A DNA stretch of 64,000 nucleotides from Salisapilia sapeloensis CBS 127946 (lineage: Eukaryota; Protista; Oomycota). A program made the translations under genes and the position numbers. The DNA lies in assembly GCA_023334545.1 (NCBI GenBank), contig JAADVB010000083.1, forward strand, positions 3,433 to 67,432, written 5' to 3'. Below the pieces are notes generated by a model. That model saw nothing but the letters and a program-made list of their open reading frames with translations. It ran no database searches and had not been told where the DNA came from. How positions within the stretch are numbered: position 1 is the stretch's first letter; every line of letters begins with the position of its first letter. Below are positions 48,967 to 63,843 of the stretch, piece after piece.

Positions 48967-49658
48967 ATGCTGGCGTTTCAACAGCGTGAAGAGCCTCCAT
49001 GGTTAAACGTCAATCTTGTCTGACTGAAAGATAATAGAGGAGAAGGAATATGGGAGGCGAGATGTCACGTATGAAAGAAGAATTGGAAGTGCTACGTTCA
49101 GAAACGACACTGAAGGAACTCAAGTACCAAAAGTCCATGGAACAGCTACAAAAGGAGAATCGGACACTTGAAAGCCAAGTTCGTCTTCTACAAGACATCG
49201 TACGTCTTGGTAGCGAGTGGGCGTAGCATTTGATTGCTCACGATATGAAACGTAGGCTGACAAAGCGCAAAAAGAAGCAGAAGAAGCTCGGAAGAGTGCA
49301 GCCGAGGAAGAAGCACGAGCGATGGCGCTCAAGTGGGAGCTCGTGCGTCGAGTGTCCAGTGGAGATTCCACTGTCCATCGATCAACAAGTGACGCAGAGA
49401 AAAAGTAAGAAGACTATGTACCCCAAGCAACGTTTTGTTGATATTTCTCTAGATAGGAGCATTTGGAATAAACTCTTGATACATGATTTGGCTTGTATTG
49501 TACAAACTGCATGACAAGTAAAGCATCGGAGCTTCTTGTGGAGGCACCATGTGATGAAACTTCGATTGAAGAGTCGCATGTGACGGTTAACATGGAATTA
49601 TGTAAGTTTCGTTATCGAGCGCACATTTCGAGTGACCCTTTGGAAAGCACCGATTTAA
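48967..49658 (+). CDS. Small multi-exon coiled-coil protein
   Basis: Exons MGGEMSRMKEELEVLRSE..LQKENRTLESQVRLLQDI / ADKAQKEAEEARKSAAEEEARAMALKWEL / ..CTNC..VNMEL / SPI*. Start and stop uncertain. Confidence 0.45.
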
Positions 49659-49692
49659 AACCTTTGAGCTCTAGTTCGTGCGTGGGTCTATT

Positions 49693-52600
49693 ATGGACGA
49701 GGGTACTCGCGCTTGGCTACGCCAGCTAATCCCTCGTGGCCTTGGCCTTGACCCAAAGTACTTTGACTACGTCTGGACGGCGGCATCTAATGCTCTCGAC
49801 TCTGCTGAAACCGAGGTGACATCACGCTCAACATACTTCACTTGCAGTGAGATATAACTAGATACTGGCATAGAATAACGACGACGCGAAATTAGCTCCA
49901 GGAGATGTGGTCAAGTCATTCTTCAAGGCAGATACTGAAGCTGGAACGACGCTCTTCTTTGTCAAGGGTGAAAGGGTCGTAGAAATAGAAGGTAAACCTT
50001 CCATCAGTTGGCTTCTATTCTCGAGAACTTTAAAATGCTTACGTCTAACACGTATGCTTTGATTGCAGAGGAAGTAGAGGAAGAAGTGGAAGAACCGAGC
50101 GCTGCCCAAAGCAATCAAGCTGACGACGAAGCAAAGACTGAAGACATCGCTCCTGCTACTGCAGAAACCGATACTTCTGCACCAGCTGAAAAGCCACCAA
50201 CGCCTCAAAGTGATGCTGTTCAAGACGACAACATCGTTTTAGAAACTGTGGAGGAACAGTCTCCTGCCAACACGACGACTAAAACCGTCAAGCGCGTGAA
50301 ACGTGAGCTCCAGCCATGCTGCGACGTACACTTGAACGCATTGACTGGATCGAGTACATCTCTTCCCTATGTGTTTCTCGTCAAACGACAAGCCGGAGCT
50401 GTCTCTGTTGTTGCTAGTGGTGACAGCAACCAGCCAAAGCTTCGTCATGAGAATCTCGAAATCGGGTCCTCCAACGTGGATCTTTTACCTGATCTCGAGG
50501 CAGTCGTTTCCAACGTTTACCTCCCGCTTATGGCTGCTCTCTTTCCTTACGATCGTCCACATGCAACATCGAAGCATGATGGAGAGAGCGCAGGAGTGGA
50601 AGGAGATCAAGTTGCTAGTCATAAAGTGACGGATGCAGTTCGGAATGAGTTCCGGAGTAACTTGTCAAAGTTTGCATCACAAATATCGAACACGATTCAA
50701 CAGATTCAAGGCGACATTCGACTTAGTGTACCAGACATTCAACTTGGTGTCCCAGAGGAGCACGCTGATGACCATGACATCGTCAGTTTGCTAGAGCAGA
50801 CTGTAGAAGAATGGTCCAAGAGTGTGGCAAGTGTGGTGGAACATGAATCAAAGAAGACACCTAAACGTAAGGGCCCTCTAGCTGAGGTCGAGTTCTGGCG
50901 CGAAAGGAATGCTACGTTGAGTACGATCTATGAGCAAGTAAATATGCCGAACGTGCAAAAGATGCTTCGACTGCTCGAAGTTGTCGAAGCAAGCATCTTG
51001 CACACGTTCCGCTATCACTTTATAGAGCTAAGCAAGTTGTACATCGAAGCGAAGGACAATGTAAAGTTTCTTACGACGCTCGAGCGTCATTTTAAAACAC
51101 TTGCGACAGGGACATTCGCGACCATCGGCGATACGCTACCATCTATGATGAATGCCATTCGAATGGTCTGGATCATCTCTCGGCATTACAATACAGACGA
51201 GCGGATGATACCTCTAATGGAGCGTATTGCGTCTGAGATTGCAGATAAAGTCGCTGCAGAAATCAATGTCCAGAGCGTGTTGCGACAGACACCAGAAGCC
51301 GCTCTGCATGCGATCGAAGAGGCTAAAACGGTGCTCGAGCTATGGTACTCGACGTATATGAAAGTTCGTGAGCGTATTGAAGCGAGTGGAACGGATCACC
51401 GCTGGGAATTTGATCGTAAACGCCTTTTCGAACAGACCAACTACATGGCACGCGTTTGTCAAAATCTGCATGAAGTTGCTACTGTACTCGACCAGTTCCA
51501 AAAGTTCCTCGGGCCAGAACTAAAGGCCGTGACGGGTGATGCCCAAGGCATTGACGACGTACTCGCACGCGTGAATGCTCTCATCGCTCCGTTTGAAGCA
51601 GTGCCATTTCGTATTTTTGATCGGAGCTATAAAGCAAGTTGGGAGGCAGTTATGGCGCAATTCCGTGAGAAAGTGGAGGAGATTGAAGCGATGACACGTC
51701 GGTTTATAGATACTTCGTTCCAGAAACTTCGCTCTGCAGAAGGTGCCTTTGATCTTCTGCAGAACTTCCAAACGATCCAGTCTCGAGAATCGATTAATAA
51801 ACAAATGATGGACAAATACGAGGACATTCTGACGCAGTACACAAGAGAGCTGGAGCGTCTGGAGGAAATGTTTCATAGCAACAAGCATGATCCTCCTGTG
51901 TATCGGAATTATCCACCCGTGGCAGGTGCCATCAGCTGGGCAAAGGCACTCTATCTGCGTGCAAAGAAGCCTATCATTCGTTTCAAGTCCATGAGCGAGT
52001 TGCTGCAGAGTCCACACGGAGAAGAAGTAAAGGAAAAGTACTTGGTTTTTGCTCGAGCAGTGGATACGTACGTCAAGCAGCTGCATCAAGAGTGGATTGA
52101 AAAGATACCGAATCTCACGAGCGAGTGTCTTAAACAGTCGATCCTAGGACCTAGTCTTGTCGAATCTGGGAAATCCGAGACGGGTGCAACGATGTACAAA
52201 CTACCACCTCCTCCCTTCTTTGCAAATTTCGCACCAGAGCTGTCGATGGTCATTAAAGAAGCCAAGTATCTAGATCGCATGGGCTTTGAGATCCCGGAAG
52301 AAGCGTTGAACGTGACGTTACAAGAGGACAAGTATCATGAATACGTACAAGAGCTCACACGCATGTTAAGTCAGTACGATTCGTTATTATCAGCTCTATC
52401 TCCTGTCGAAACCCACTTGCTACAGTCACAGCTAAAGGATTTGGGTGACGTCTTGCGTGTTGGCTTCTCGCCACTTAACTGGAACTCTCAACGCGTGTTG
52501 AGCTTTATTGAAAATTGCAACAAAGCTTTAAATCAATTTTCGAACCTTGTGAGTCAAATTCACAAGAGCAGCAAGATGATTGACGAAGTCGTCAGCGGGA

Positions 52601-55600
52601 TTGAAAATGCACTTTTGATTAAAATAGATGATTTTGAAGCGGGCGTCGTCACGGAAGTGAGTGAGTTCTATGAACTCGTGGAACGCAACCGGATGCAACG
52701 CATTGACGAACTCGTTGCTAGTTATCGATCCATTGGTCCTTTACTTATCAAAGTAGAAGAGCTTGTCGCTGGGGTGAACACAGGAACGAGTCCAAAGCTG
52801 GCGACGTATTACATGTATTGGGAGCGTCGGATCTTTAACGCGATAACGAGAATGATCATCGCATCAATGATCACCTTCCAAGCTCTCTTAAATATCCATA
52901 CGAAGGAACTAGCTGCGGTATCACCTGCAGCTGCTATTAAGAGACCACCCTTATGTAAGGTGCTCGCTACGATGAATGGAAAAGATATTGTCGTCGCACC
53001 GACCTTGTCGGACATGTACAAGTATTTGAGCAAAGCAGTGAAGCATATCGTTGAGAGTGCCAAATCCTTCTTGCGTTGGATGCATGGTACGTGCCGTGAA
53101 GCCGAGCCGCTCCTTATTAGCGACGACGAAGAACCAGTGGTATACACCTTCTTCTCGGATATATCGCAGAATCCGTACATTATTAAGATCACCTTGTCAC
53201 TTAATCAAGAGATCCACAAGGTGTTTAACATTGTGAATCGATACTTGGACAGTTGGCGACGATATGACACCGTCTACAACTTGTGGAATCCCAAGCGTCG
53301 AACAGCGCTGGAAAAGCTCGCCGATAAGAACCCACCTTGCGTCTACTTTGACACGCGTATGATGCAGTACAGTCGTCTTGCAGAGTCTGTTCGCAATCAA
53401 CCGACGGAGAAAGACACTGACTTTTTGCAGATCAACTGTCTCCCCGTCGCGCTTTCCATTGCAAAGCAAGCTGAGATCTGGAAAGACGATTACGGTATGA
53501 TCTTGCACAATCTTTCGACGCAGCTCTTGAACAAAATTACTTCCAAAATGGATGAACTGACAGCCGAGCTGGAGGTCGTTCCGGATGATTTGGAGTCACT
53601 AAAAGGTGTTCTCAATACAGTCGCTCGTGTCAAGTCGATGAACATGAGCATCGAGCTCGAGTATACTGATATCATCGAACGATATCGGACGCTCCGGATC
53701 TACAGCATTGAGGTGGAGGCAGAAGAAAGCGAGAGAGCTTTTGGTCTCGAGGCCCGATGGAAAGATCTGGTGATCATGGCCAAGACCAAAGACCTACGCC
53801 TTGTCAAGGTCAAAGATCAATTCCGTACAGTAACTCAAGACGATGCGTCTGCGTTTGCTGAAGAATGCAAAAGTATTAAAAAGGAGTTTCTTGATGCTGG
53901 ACCTGGTACTTGTTCCCATGATTTAGATGCTGGTGTTGAAAAAGTAGCAGAGTACAAGAGCAAGATGGAAGAATATAAGAAACGAAAGCAAGAGCTTTCC
54001 AATGCAGAGAATCTATTTGCGCTACCAATCTCTTCCTATCCAGAGCTACAAGAGCTACATGATGCTCTCGATAAACAAGTGCTCATCTATACGCTATATT
54101 CAGAGCAAAAGGAGTTTATCGATCAACTTTCCAGCATGTTGTGGAGCGACTTGGATGTCGCGACAATGACAAAAGGTATTGAGGACCTCGAGAAGAGATG
54201 CCGCAAATTCCCGAAAGACCTTCGGAGTATGTCTACTTTTACAGAAGTAGAAAAACAGATCATCGCTTTCAGGGAAAGCATTCCTCTCATCCAAAGTTTA
54301 AAGAATGATGCGATGAAACCAAGGCATTGGGATGAGCTCATGAGCGTCACGGGTGTCTCGTTCGAGATGAATCTTAAGACTTTTACCCTCAACAACTTGT
54401 TTTCCATGAAGCTCCACCGTTTCGCTACTGAAATTGGAGAGATCGTAAATGCAGCGATGCAAGAGCAAAAGATAGACCAAGAGCTGCAAAAGATCGAAGA
54501 TGCGTGGGCTAAAGCTTGTCTCGATGTCATCAAGTACCGCAAAAATGGTGTCGAGAGAGGGTTCGTACTACGTGCTGCGGATGAGCTCAAACTAGCACTT
54601 GAAGACCACATGCTTAATCTGCAAACCATGTCCGGCTCTCGCTTCATCTCAAGTTTTGCAGACCGTGTACGCAAGTGGGAGAAGACACTTGGTGTCGTGA
54701 ACGAATGCATCGATATATGGTTCGTCGTCCAACGAAAATGGATGTACCTTGAGAGTATCTTTGTCGGCGCAGAAGATATTCGTCAACAGCTTCCGGAAGA
54801 AGCAAAGAAGTTTGACGCTATTGATAAAGCATGGAAGGCGATTATGACAACCACTTCCAAAAATGCCAATGCGGTGGAGGCATGCACAGCCGAAAATCGC
54901 GTCGACACGCTGCATAACTTGTCCGAACGCTTGGACAAGTGTCAAAAGTCGCTCAGTGATTATCTAGATACCAAACGTAACTCTTTCCCTCGCTTCTTCT
55001 TCATCTCGGATGATGAACTTCTAAGTGTACTTGGTTCGTCCGATCCGACGTCGATTCAAGTTCACATGCTGAAGCTGTTTGATAATGTTAAGGAGCTTGG
55101 TTTTGCTCGAAGCAATAAGCAAATATCGACGATGACAAGTGCTGAAGGAGAAGGCTTTCCATTCCGGACACTTGCACCTGTCGAAGGTCCAGTGGAAACA
55201 TGGATGACTGGTGTTGAAGACGAGATGCGGTTAACATTGCAACAAATTGCAAAGGAAGGAGTCTTTCAATATGCTACCACTGCGCGTACACAATGGCTTG
55301 GAGAAGTTCTCGGTATGGTCGGGCTAGTTGGTAGTCAGATCTGGTGGACGTGGGAAGTGGAAGACGTGTTCCGTCGTGTTAAGAAAGGTGACAAGTATGC
55401 GATGAAAGCATTAGAGGTCAAGCTAACAACACAATTGAACGAGCTGGTGCGACGCGTACGAGAACCACTCGATCGATTGACACGGAAGAAAGTGAATACG
55501 CTGCTTATCATTGACGTCCATGCGCGTGATATTGTCGACTCATTCGTTCGTGACAGTATTTTACACGAAAAAGAGTTCGCTTGGGAGTCTCAGCTACGTT

Positions 55601-58600
55601 TCTACTGGCAGAAAGATGTGGATGATGTTGTCATACGTCAATGCACTGGTACTTTCCGATATGGTTACGAGTATATGGGTCTAAACGGTCGACTTGTGAT
55701 CACACCTCTTACCGATAGATGCTACATGACACTCACACAAGCCTTGACCTTTAAGCTGGGAGGATCGCCTGCAGGTCCAGCTGGTACCGGAAAGACTGAG
55801 ACTGTTAAGGATCTGGCGAAATCCCTCGCTCTGCCATGCTACGTCATCAACTGCGGCGAAGGTCTTGACTACAAAGCAATGGGTAGCACGTTTTCTGGTC
55901 TCGTTCAAGTCGGCGCGTGGGGCTGCTTTGATGAGTTCAATCGCATTAACATTGAAGTGCTTTCCGTCGTGTCAGCTCAGCTGCGTGCGATTCAAAATGC
56001 GCTCAACTACGACAAACCTACGTGTGACATTGGCTTCGGTACAGAGATATCCATCCATCGGACAGCCGGATTCGCTACATGTGGCTTCTTTATTACAATG
56101 AACCCTGGATATGCTGGAAGAACTGAGCTACCAGATAATCTTAAGGCTCTCTTCCGACCTGTGACGATGATCGTCCCGGACTTACTGCAAATCTGTCAGA
56201 TCATGCTTTTTTCCGAAGGTTTCGAGCATGCGGTGGAGCTTGCAAAGAAGATGACTGTGTTGTACAAGCTATCAAAAGAACAGTTGTCAAAGCAATATCA
56301 CTATGACTTCGGTCTTCGGGCACTCAAAAGTGTGCTCGTCATGGCTGGGTCACTTAAACGTGAGTATAGTGAGATGAGCGAAGGGCTGGTTCTGATGCGA
56401 GCTCTTCGAGATAGCAACATGCCGAAGTTTGTCTATGAGGATGTACCGTTGTTTAAGGGGCTGATCAACGATCTCTTCCCAGGGTTGGACTGTCCTCGTG
56501 TGGGCTATGCAGAACTGAAGGATGCAATTGTTGGTGAACTTGAGGCAGGCGAATTCAACCCAGAGGAAGAGGCGGTGTACGCCAGTCAAGTCGACAAGGT
56601 GATCCAAATGTACGAGACCATGCTTGTGCGGCACACGACGATGATCGTCGGTCCGACGCAAGGAGGCAAGACCCTGGTACTGAATACGCTTGCCGCTGCA
56701 TCGAAAGTAGCTTTAAACGAGATAGTCAAGATATTCGTCGTTAATCCTAAGGCACAACCAATTGCAGAGTTGTACGGTACGATGGATCCGGTCACGCGCG
56801 ACTGGACGGACGGTGTTTTGTCTAAGCTTTTCCGGGAACTCAATCAACCTTTACCTACTGGACGTGAAAATGAAAAGCGGTGGCTCATTTATGACGGAGA
56901 TGTGGATGCCGTTTGGGTAGAAAACATGAACAGTGTAATGGACGATAACAAGCTTCTTACTCTTCCAAACGGTGAGCGTATCCGACTACAGCCCCATTGC
57001 TGCATGATTTGCGAGACCTTTGATTTGCAGTACGCGTCTCCTGCTACGATCAGTCGATGTGGCATGGTATGGGTCGATCCGAAAGATCTGGGCTATCGTC
57101 CTTACTACGAAAGATGGCTTAAGAAAAAGTATCCTGTTCAACCTGCAGCTACCACAGCTGGGGATGTGGCTGAGGCTGCCATCGTTGGTGTCGCAGAGGA
57201 CATTTCGCTTGAGCGAAAGCTACTGCTAGAGCTCTTTGACAAGTATGTTCCTCGATGCATTGATTTCATCCTCGAGGGTATGCTTAGTCCAGACGTCGTG
57301 GTCACGAAATGCCAGCAAGTGATTCCAATCAGCAATATGGAAATGTGCAAGCAGCTCTGTAATTCCATGGATGCTTTCTTGCCGACAGGAGAAGAGACAA
57401 TGGACCCGACATCTGATCGTGTGGCGATAGAAGGTCTCTTTATCTTTGCAATGGTCTGGTCGCTCGGAGCTGCTCTCGTCGGCAATAGCAGACAGCGTTT
57501 CGATGAGTTTGTGAAAGATCTATCGGACTGCTCCTTGCCTACTGGCAGTCTTTATGACCACTTTTACGACATTGAGAATAGAAAGTGGCAACCATGGCAA
57601 TCGCGAGTAGCCGAGTACGTCGAACCTTCACCTTTCAACTTTTCCCACGTCTTCGTACCGACGACGGACTCTGTCTTGTACAACTTTATCCTGTCTAGCT
57701 GCAGGAATACAGAGAAGCCTATTTTGTTTGTTGGTGAAAGCGGGACAGCTAAAACAGTGACTATCCAGAATTATCTACAAGAGCTAGATCCGCAGACGAA
57801 TACGCAGCTGAATATGAACTTTTCTAGTCGAACGAGTAGTTGGGATGTTCAGGTAAACATCCAAGCGAATGTTGACAAGAGATCAGGCAAGATCTACGGT
57901 CCACCTGCCGGAAAGAAGCTAATTATATTCATTGATGACTTGAACATGCCCAAGGTCGATTTGTATGGCACTCAGCAACCGATTGCACTATTACACTTTA
58001 TCATGAGCCAAGGCGCAATGTATGATCGTGGTAAAGATTTGGACTTGCGTATCCTAAAGGATCTTGGCTTTATTGGCGCCATGGGTCCACCTGGGGGAGG
58101 AAGAAACAATGTCGATCCGCGGTTCGTGGCACAATTTAATGTGTACAACCTGACTCCACCAACGAGACAAGTGTTGAGTCACATCTACGGATCGATTGTA
58201 ACAACGTATCTACGTAACTTTCCAGAAGAGATCAGCAGCAAAGGTCAGAGCATGACCGAGTCGCTATTACGTTTCTTCGAGTTTGTCTTGGAAAAGCTTC
58301 CACCCACACCATCCAAATTCCACTACATCTTCAATCTTCGTGACTTGGGACGCGTGTGTGAAGGTATCTGTATGGCAACACCTGATAAGTTCTCGTCTGG
58401 AGATGCGATGATTCGTCTTTGGCGAAATGAAATTAAGCGAGTCTTCACAGATCGACTCACAAGTGACGCTGATAATAGTTTCGTGGACTCAATGATCGGT
58501 CAAATTATAACGGAATCCTTCCCGACTGAAGCAGAACACGCACTCGAAGAACCAATTCTCTTTGGTGACTTTGCCGAGTGCGTCGGTAGACTATCAGGTC

Positions 58601-61600
58601 AGAGCTCAGAAGACCCGAGACTTTATCAGGACATGGAGTCTTATACTCGCCTAAGAAGCATTTTCAATGAAGTATTAGAAAACTACAACCTTGAGAACAA
58701 ACCCATGACGCTCGTGCTATTTGAAATGGCGCTTGATCATGTAACGCGCATCCTACGAATCCTGCGCAACCCACTCGGACATGCTCTTCTTATCGGTGTT
58801 GGAGGTAGTGGTAAACAAAGTCTATCTCGACTCGCAGCATTCACGGCTGGCTACGACTTGTTTGAAATCTTCCTCTCGCGCGGATACAGTGAAAATGAGT
58901 TCCGAGAAGATTTAAAAGAACTGTACAAGAAACTTGGAAAAGGACCTGTTGTATTCCTCTTTACAGATGCACATGCTGTCGAGGAAGGCTTCCTCGAGTT
59001 TATTAACAACATGCTTACCACGGGTATGGTGCCTGCTCTGTTTGAAGCAGACGAGCGAGATGCCATGTCTTCGACAGTAAGAAATGAAGTTCGAGCTGCC
59101 GGATTGTCCGAGACAAGTGAGAATTGTTGGAAGTTCTACCTCAATCGATGTCGACAGAATCTCCACGTCGTCTTGGCAATGTCACCTTCAGGCACGACAT
59201 TACGCACTCGATGTCGAAACTTCCCAGGCCTCGTATCTGCAACTATCATCGACTGGTTCTTTGCCTGGCCGGAAGACGCGCTGAAAAGCGTCGCCGAGTA
59301 CTTTTTAGCCGACGAAGCTATTCCAGAAATAAACCGGTCGCAAGTGATCCAGCACCTCGTGCACGTCCACTTGCGTGTAGTGCATGTTGCCCATCAATTC
59401 GCTGAGGAACTCCGTCGCTTCTACTACGTTACACCGAAAAACTACTTGGACTTCATCTCTAACTACAGACTGCAATTAAAAGAGCACAATCTGAAGGTTC
59501 GAGCGAGTATCACGAGACTGCAAGGAGGTTTACAAAAGCTGGTGGAAGCATCTGAAGCAGTCGATCGAATGCAAGTAGAGCTATCAGAGAAGAAGATTGT
59601 GGTAGATGAAAAGACACTTGCATGTGAAGCACTTATTAAAACGATTGAAGAAAAATCGACGATCGCAACGGAGCAACAAGCTTTTGCTGCGTCCAAACAA
59701 GTCGAATGCGAGAAAGCTTCTGTTGAAATTGCGAAAGAAAAAGAGGAAGCTGATGCGGCTCTACTAGAAGCTCTACCGGCCGTGGAAGCTGCTGCTGCTG
59801 CACTTCAGGATCTGTCGAAAGCAGATCTAACGGAACTCAAGTCCTTTGCATCACCTCCGCCGCTCGTCATGTCTGTCTGCATGTGTGTACTCATCCTCAA
59901 GCCAACGGGTCAGGAACTAGACTTGGACTGGAAAGGTGCCAAGGTAATGCTTGGCAATGCAAGTCTTATCACACTCTTGAAAGAGTATGAAAAAGATAAG
60001 ATTACTGCCAAGATGATTACCAAGATCAAGACGTTCTTCAAGAACCCAGACTTGAACGTCGATAACATGAAATCTATTTCGAAAGCTGGAGCTGGACTGC
60101 TCACATGGGTGCTTGCCATCACCAAGTACCATGAAGTCGCAAAGAATGTCGAGCCGTTGCGACAGAAAGTAAAGTCCATGGAGAAGGAGCAAGCAGTGAA
60201 AGAACGCGAGTTGGAAGAACTCCGAGACACGTTGCAACGTTTACAAAAGGATTTAGATGAATTGTCGGCTCAATTCCAGGAGGCGAATACAGAACTACAG
60301 AACCTCAAGTCGCAAGCAGATCAGATGCAGAAGCGTCTCCAAGCTGCAAGTAAGCTACTAGCAGGCCTTGGGTCGGAACAGACTCGTTGGACGAAAGATG
60401 TTGACGTTTTGCATTTGCAAAAGGAAAGACTGATTGGAGACTGTCTGCTCACTGCGAGTTTCTTGAGTTATGCCGGTGCCTTTAGCTTTGACTATCGATC
60501 AGAATTGATTTACACGGATTTCATTAATGACATCACGGCCAGAGAACTTCCTGTAACGACACCATTTAAGCTGGAGAACACTCTAACAGAAGACGCGACT
60601 GTCCAGCGCTGGGTATCGGAAGGCCTACCAGCAGATGAGCATTCAGTACAGAACGGAATATTAACCACAAAGGCAAGTCGTTTCCCTCTTTGCATCGATC
60701 CACAGCAACAAGCTGTGTCGTGGATCAAGAAGAAGGAAGAGAAAAATAACTTGACAGTAAAAACGTTGAGTGATCCAGACTTTATGAAACACTTGGAGCT
60801 TGCAATTCAGTTCGGCAATCCGTTCCTCTTCGAAAGTGTCGACGAAGAGCTCGACCCTATTCTAGATCCAGTCCTAGAAAAGAGTACATTTGTCGAGGGT
60901 TCCCAACGATTTATTAAACTCGGCGACAAGAACGTCGAGTGGGATCCGAACTTCCGTCTCTACTTCACGTCCAAGCTAGCGAATCCACACTATTCACCTG
61001 AAGTCATGGGTAAGACTATGATCGTCAATTACAGTGTGACGCAAGATGGACTCGCGAATCAGCTTTTGAATGTCGTCGTCGGTCATGAAAGACCTGATCT
61101 GGAGGGCCAGTATCGGGAGCTTGTGACGGAAATGTCGGAGAATACGCAGATGATGGTCGAGCTCGAAGACACACTTCTAAGAGAACTCTCAAGTAGTACT
61201 GGTAATATCCTGGACAATGAAGAGCTTATTGCAACACTTGATGAGACAAAGAACAAGGCGACAGAAATCGGAAGTAAGCTTGAGCTTGCTAGATTCACAA
61301 AGGAAGAGATCACGAAAGCTAGAGAAGTGTACACGCCAGTGGCATTGCGTGGCTCGGTCATGTACTTTTCCATGTCCGGTATGTCGACGATTATGAAGAT
61401 GTACGAAATATCGCTTGCATCCTTCCTCGGTGTTTTCCATAACTCTTTAGACAATGCTCGTCGAGACAGTGTCCTCGAGCGTCGTCTCTTATTCATGACG
61501 CAGTCTATTACGGAGATGATGTACGACTACATGTGCACGGGTATCTTTGAAAAGCACAAGCTCATGTTTGCTTTCCAAATGGCGTGTCTCATCCAAAGCG

Positions 61601-63843
61601 CTGCCCAAGAGCTCAATCGAGCAGAGCTCGACTTTTTCTTGAAAGGTGACACATCGCTAGAAGCAGCAGCACAAGCCAAACCAGACAAATTGAGCTGGGT
61701 AAATGCTGCTGGATGGAAAGACTTGTTGTGTCTTTCAAAGCTAAGCGATGTCTTTAGCGAGCTCTTAACGGATGTTACTACTGCAGCAAAGGAGTGGAAA
61801 GCGTGGTATGATCTAGAGGCACCAGAGACTGCCTCACTACCATGCAACTACAGTGATAAACTGGACCCGATGCAAAAGCTTCTTGTCACGCGTTGCTTCC
61901 GTCAAGACCGCGTGTATAACGCTATGAAACTCTTTGTAATCGATGTCATGGGTGAGAAATTTGTCCAGCCTCCTGTGCTTGACTATGCACGCATCTACAA
62001 CCAAAGCTCAGCAGCTTCACCGATCGTGTGTATTCTGAGTCCCGGTGCTGATCCGCAAAGCGATATCCAAACGTTAGGTGATGAAATGGGATTCTCCGGT
62101 CACAGATTTAAATTCCTTGCGCTCGGTCAGGGGCAAGGACCATTGGCGGAACAAATGCTTGAAGCAGGATACACTCGAGGCCACTGGGTCCTGCTTCAGA
62201 ACTGTCACTTACTGGCAAGTTGGCTACGGACACTAGAAAAGATGCTCTTGGCAATGCACAAGCCTCACAAAGACTTTCGACTCTGGCTTACGACGGAACC
62301 GACAGACCGATTCCCACTCGGTATTCTCCAGCGCTCACTGAAAGTGGTGACAGAGCCCCCAGATGGACTGAAACAGAATATGAGAAGCTTGTATTCGAAG
62401 CTAGACGTTGCAACGCTTGACGAATGTCCGCATCCGGCATTCCCAGCACTCGTCTACGTCCTATGCTTCTTACATGCCGTGGTCCTGGAGCGGCGCAAGT
62501 ATGGCAAGATCGGATGGAATGTCCCGTACGACTTTAACGAATCTGATTTCAATATCTCTAGGAAGCTCTTGGCACTCTACTTGTCCAAGGCATTTGTGGA
62601 CAATGATGAACAGCTCCCATGGGGCTCTTTAAAGTATCTTATCGGTGATGCCATGTACGGTGGAAGAGTTAGTGATGATTATGACCGACGAGTGCTTACA
62701 ACCTACTTGTCTGAGTACATGGGAGACTTCCTATTCGATGACTACCAACCTTTCTTCTTTAGTCGTTCAGGCTTTGATTACTGCTTACCAAACACATCCG
62801 AGACGCAGTTGGAACTCGTCAGTCAAGCTCTAGAGAAGTACGTCTCGACTGTCGAGAAACTACCTTTAACGAATAGTCCAGCCGTCTTTGGACTACATCC
62901 AAATGCTGAAATTGGGTACTACACGAATATGTCCAAGAGCGTTTGGCGTGACTTGATTAGCCTTCAACCTCGATCAGCACAGTCAAGCAGTGGCATCTCG
63001 CGTGAAGAGCATATAGGTCACGTCGCCAAGGACATCGAAGGCAAGGTACCTGAGCAGGTGGATGTACCTCAAATTCGCAAACGCTTCAGTATGGATGGTG
63101 CACCTCCTACTCCAACCCAAATCGTGCTACTACAAGAACTCGATCGATGGAATTTGCTTACTGCACGCATGGCAACGTCCTTACAAGAGCTACAGAAAGC
63201 GCTTATAGGTGAAATTGGTATGAGCGATGAACTCGACGGACTTGGAAATGCTCTGTACGATGGATTTCTACCTGACCTCTGGCGAAGTCTATGTCCCAAG
63301 ACTGAAAAGCCACTCGGCAGTTGGATGGAACACTTCATGGCACGTTATAAGCAGTACCAGGACTGGATTGAACACGGGGACCCCAAGGCCATGTGGCTTT
63401 CAGGTCTCGGCATCCCAGAATCTTACCTCACAGCGCTCGTACAAGCCACGTGCCGAGCACAGAATTGGCCACTGGATAAATCCACTTTATACACGCGAGT
63501 GACTACATTTACTCACGAAGATCAGATTCTCGAGCGCGCAGAGACTGGCTGCTACGTTCAAGGCCTGTATCTCGAAGGTGCTTCATGGGATTTGGAAAAG
63601 CAGTGCTTATCCGCGCAGCATCCCAAGCAACTTGTCGAACAGCTTCCGATCTTGCAAGTGATTCCGATCGAAGCCAGCCGCCTTAAGCTCCAAAACACTT
63701 TCCGCACGCCAGTGTACGTGACACAATCTCGGCGAAATGCAATGGGCGTAGGACTAGTATTCGAGGCCGATCTTTACTCTTTAGACCACCCAAGCCACTG
63801 GGTGCTGCAGGGTGTCGCGCTCTGCCTGAACATCGACTCGTAG
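49693..63843 (+). CDS. DNAH10: Axonemal inner-arm dynein heavy chain, I1/f alpha type
   Basis: Start MDEGTRAWLRQLIPRGLGLDPKYFD; DHC_N1 (GPLAEVEFWRERN); FPRFFFISDDELLSVLGSSDP; P-loops GPAGTGKT, GPTQGGKT, GESGTAKT, GVGGSGKQ; ends HWVLQGVALCLNIDS*. Terminal exon ~50069-63843. Confidence 0.93.

Noticed and set aside
50008-50068. ORF-track start of the dynein (TTG at 50008)
   Set aside because: Falls within a predicted intron (~49992-50068); an upstream exon gives a DNAH10-like N-terminus from 49693.
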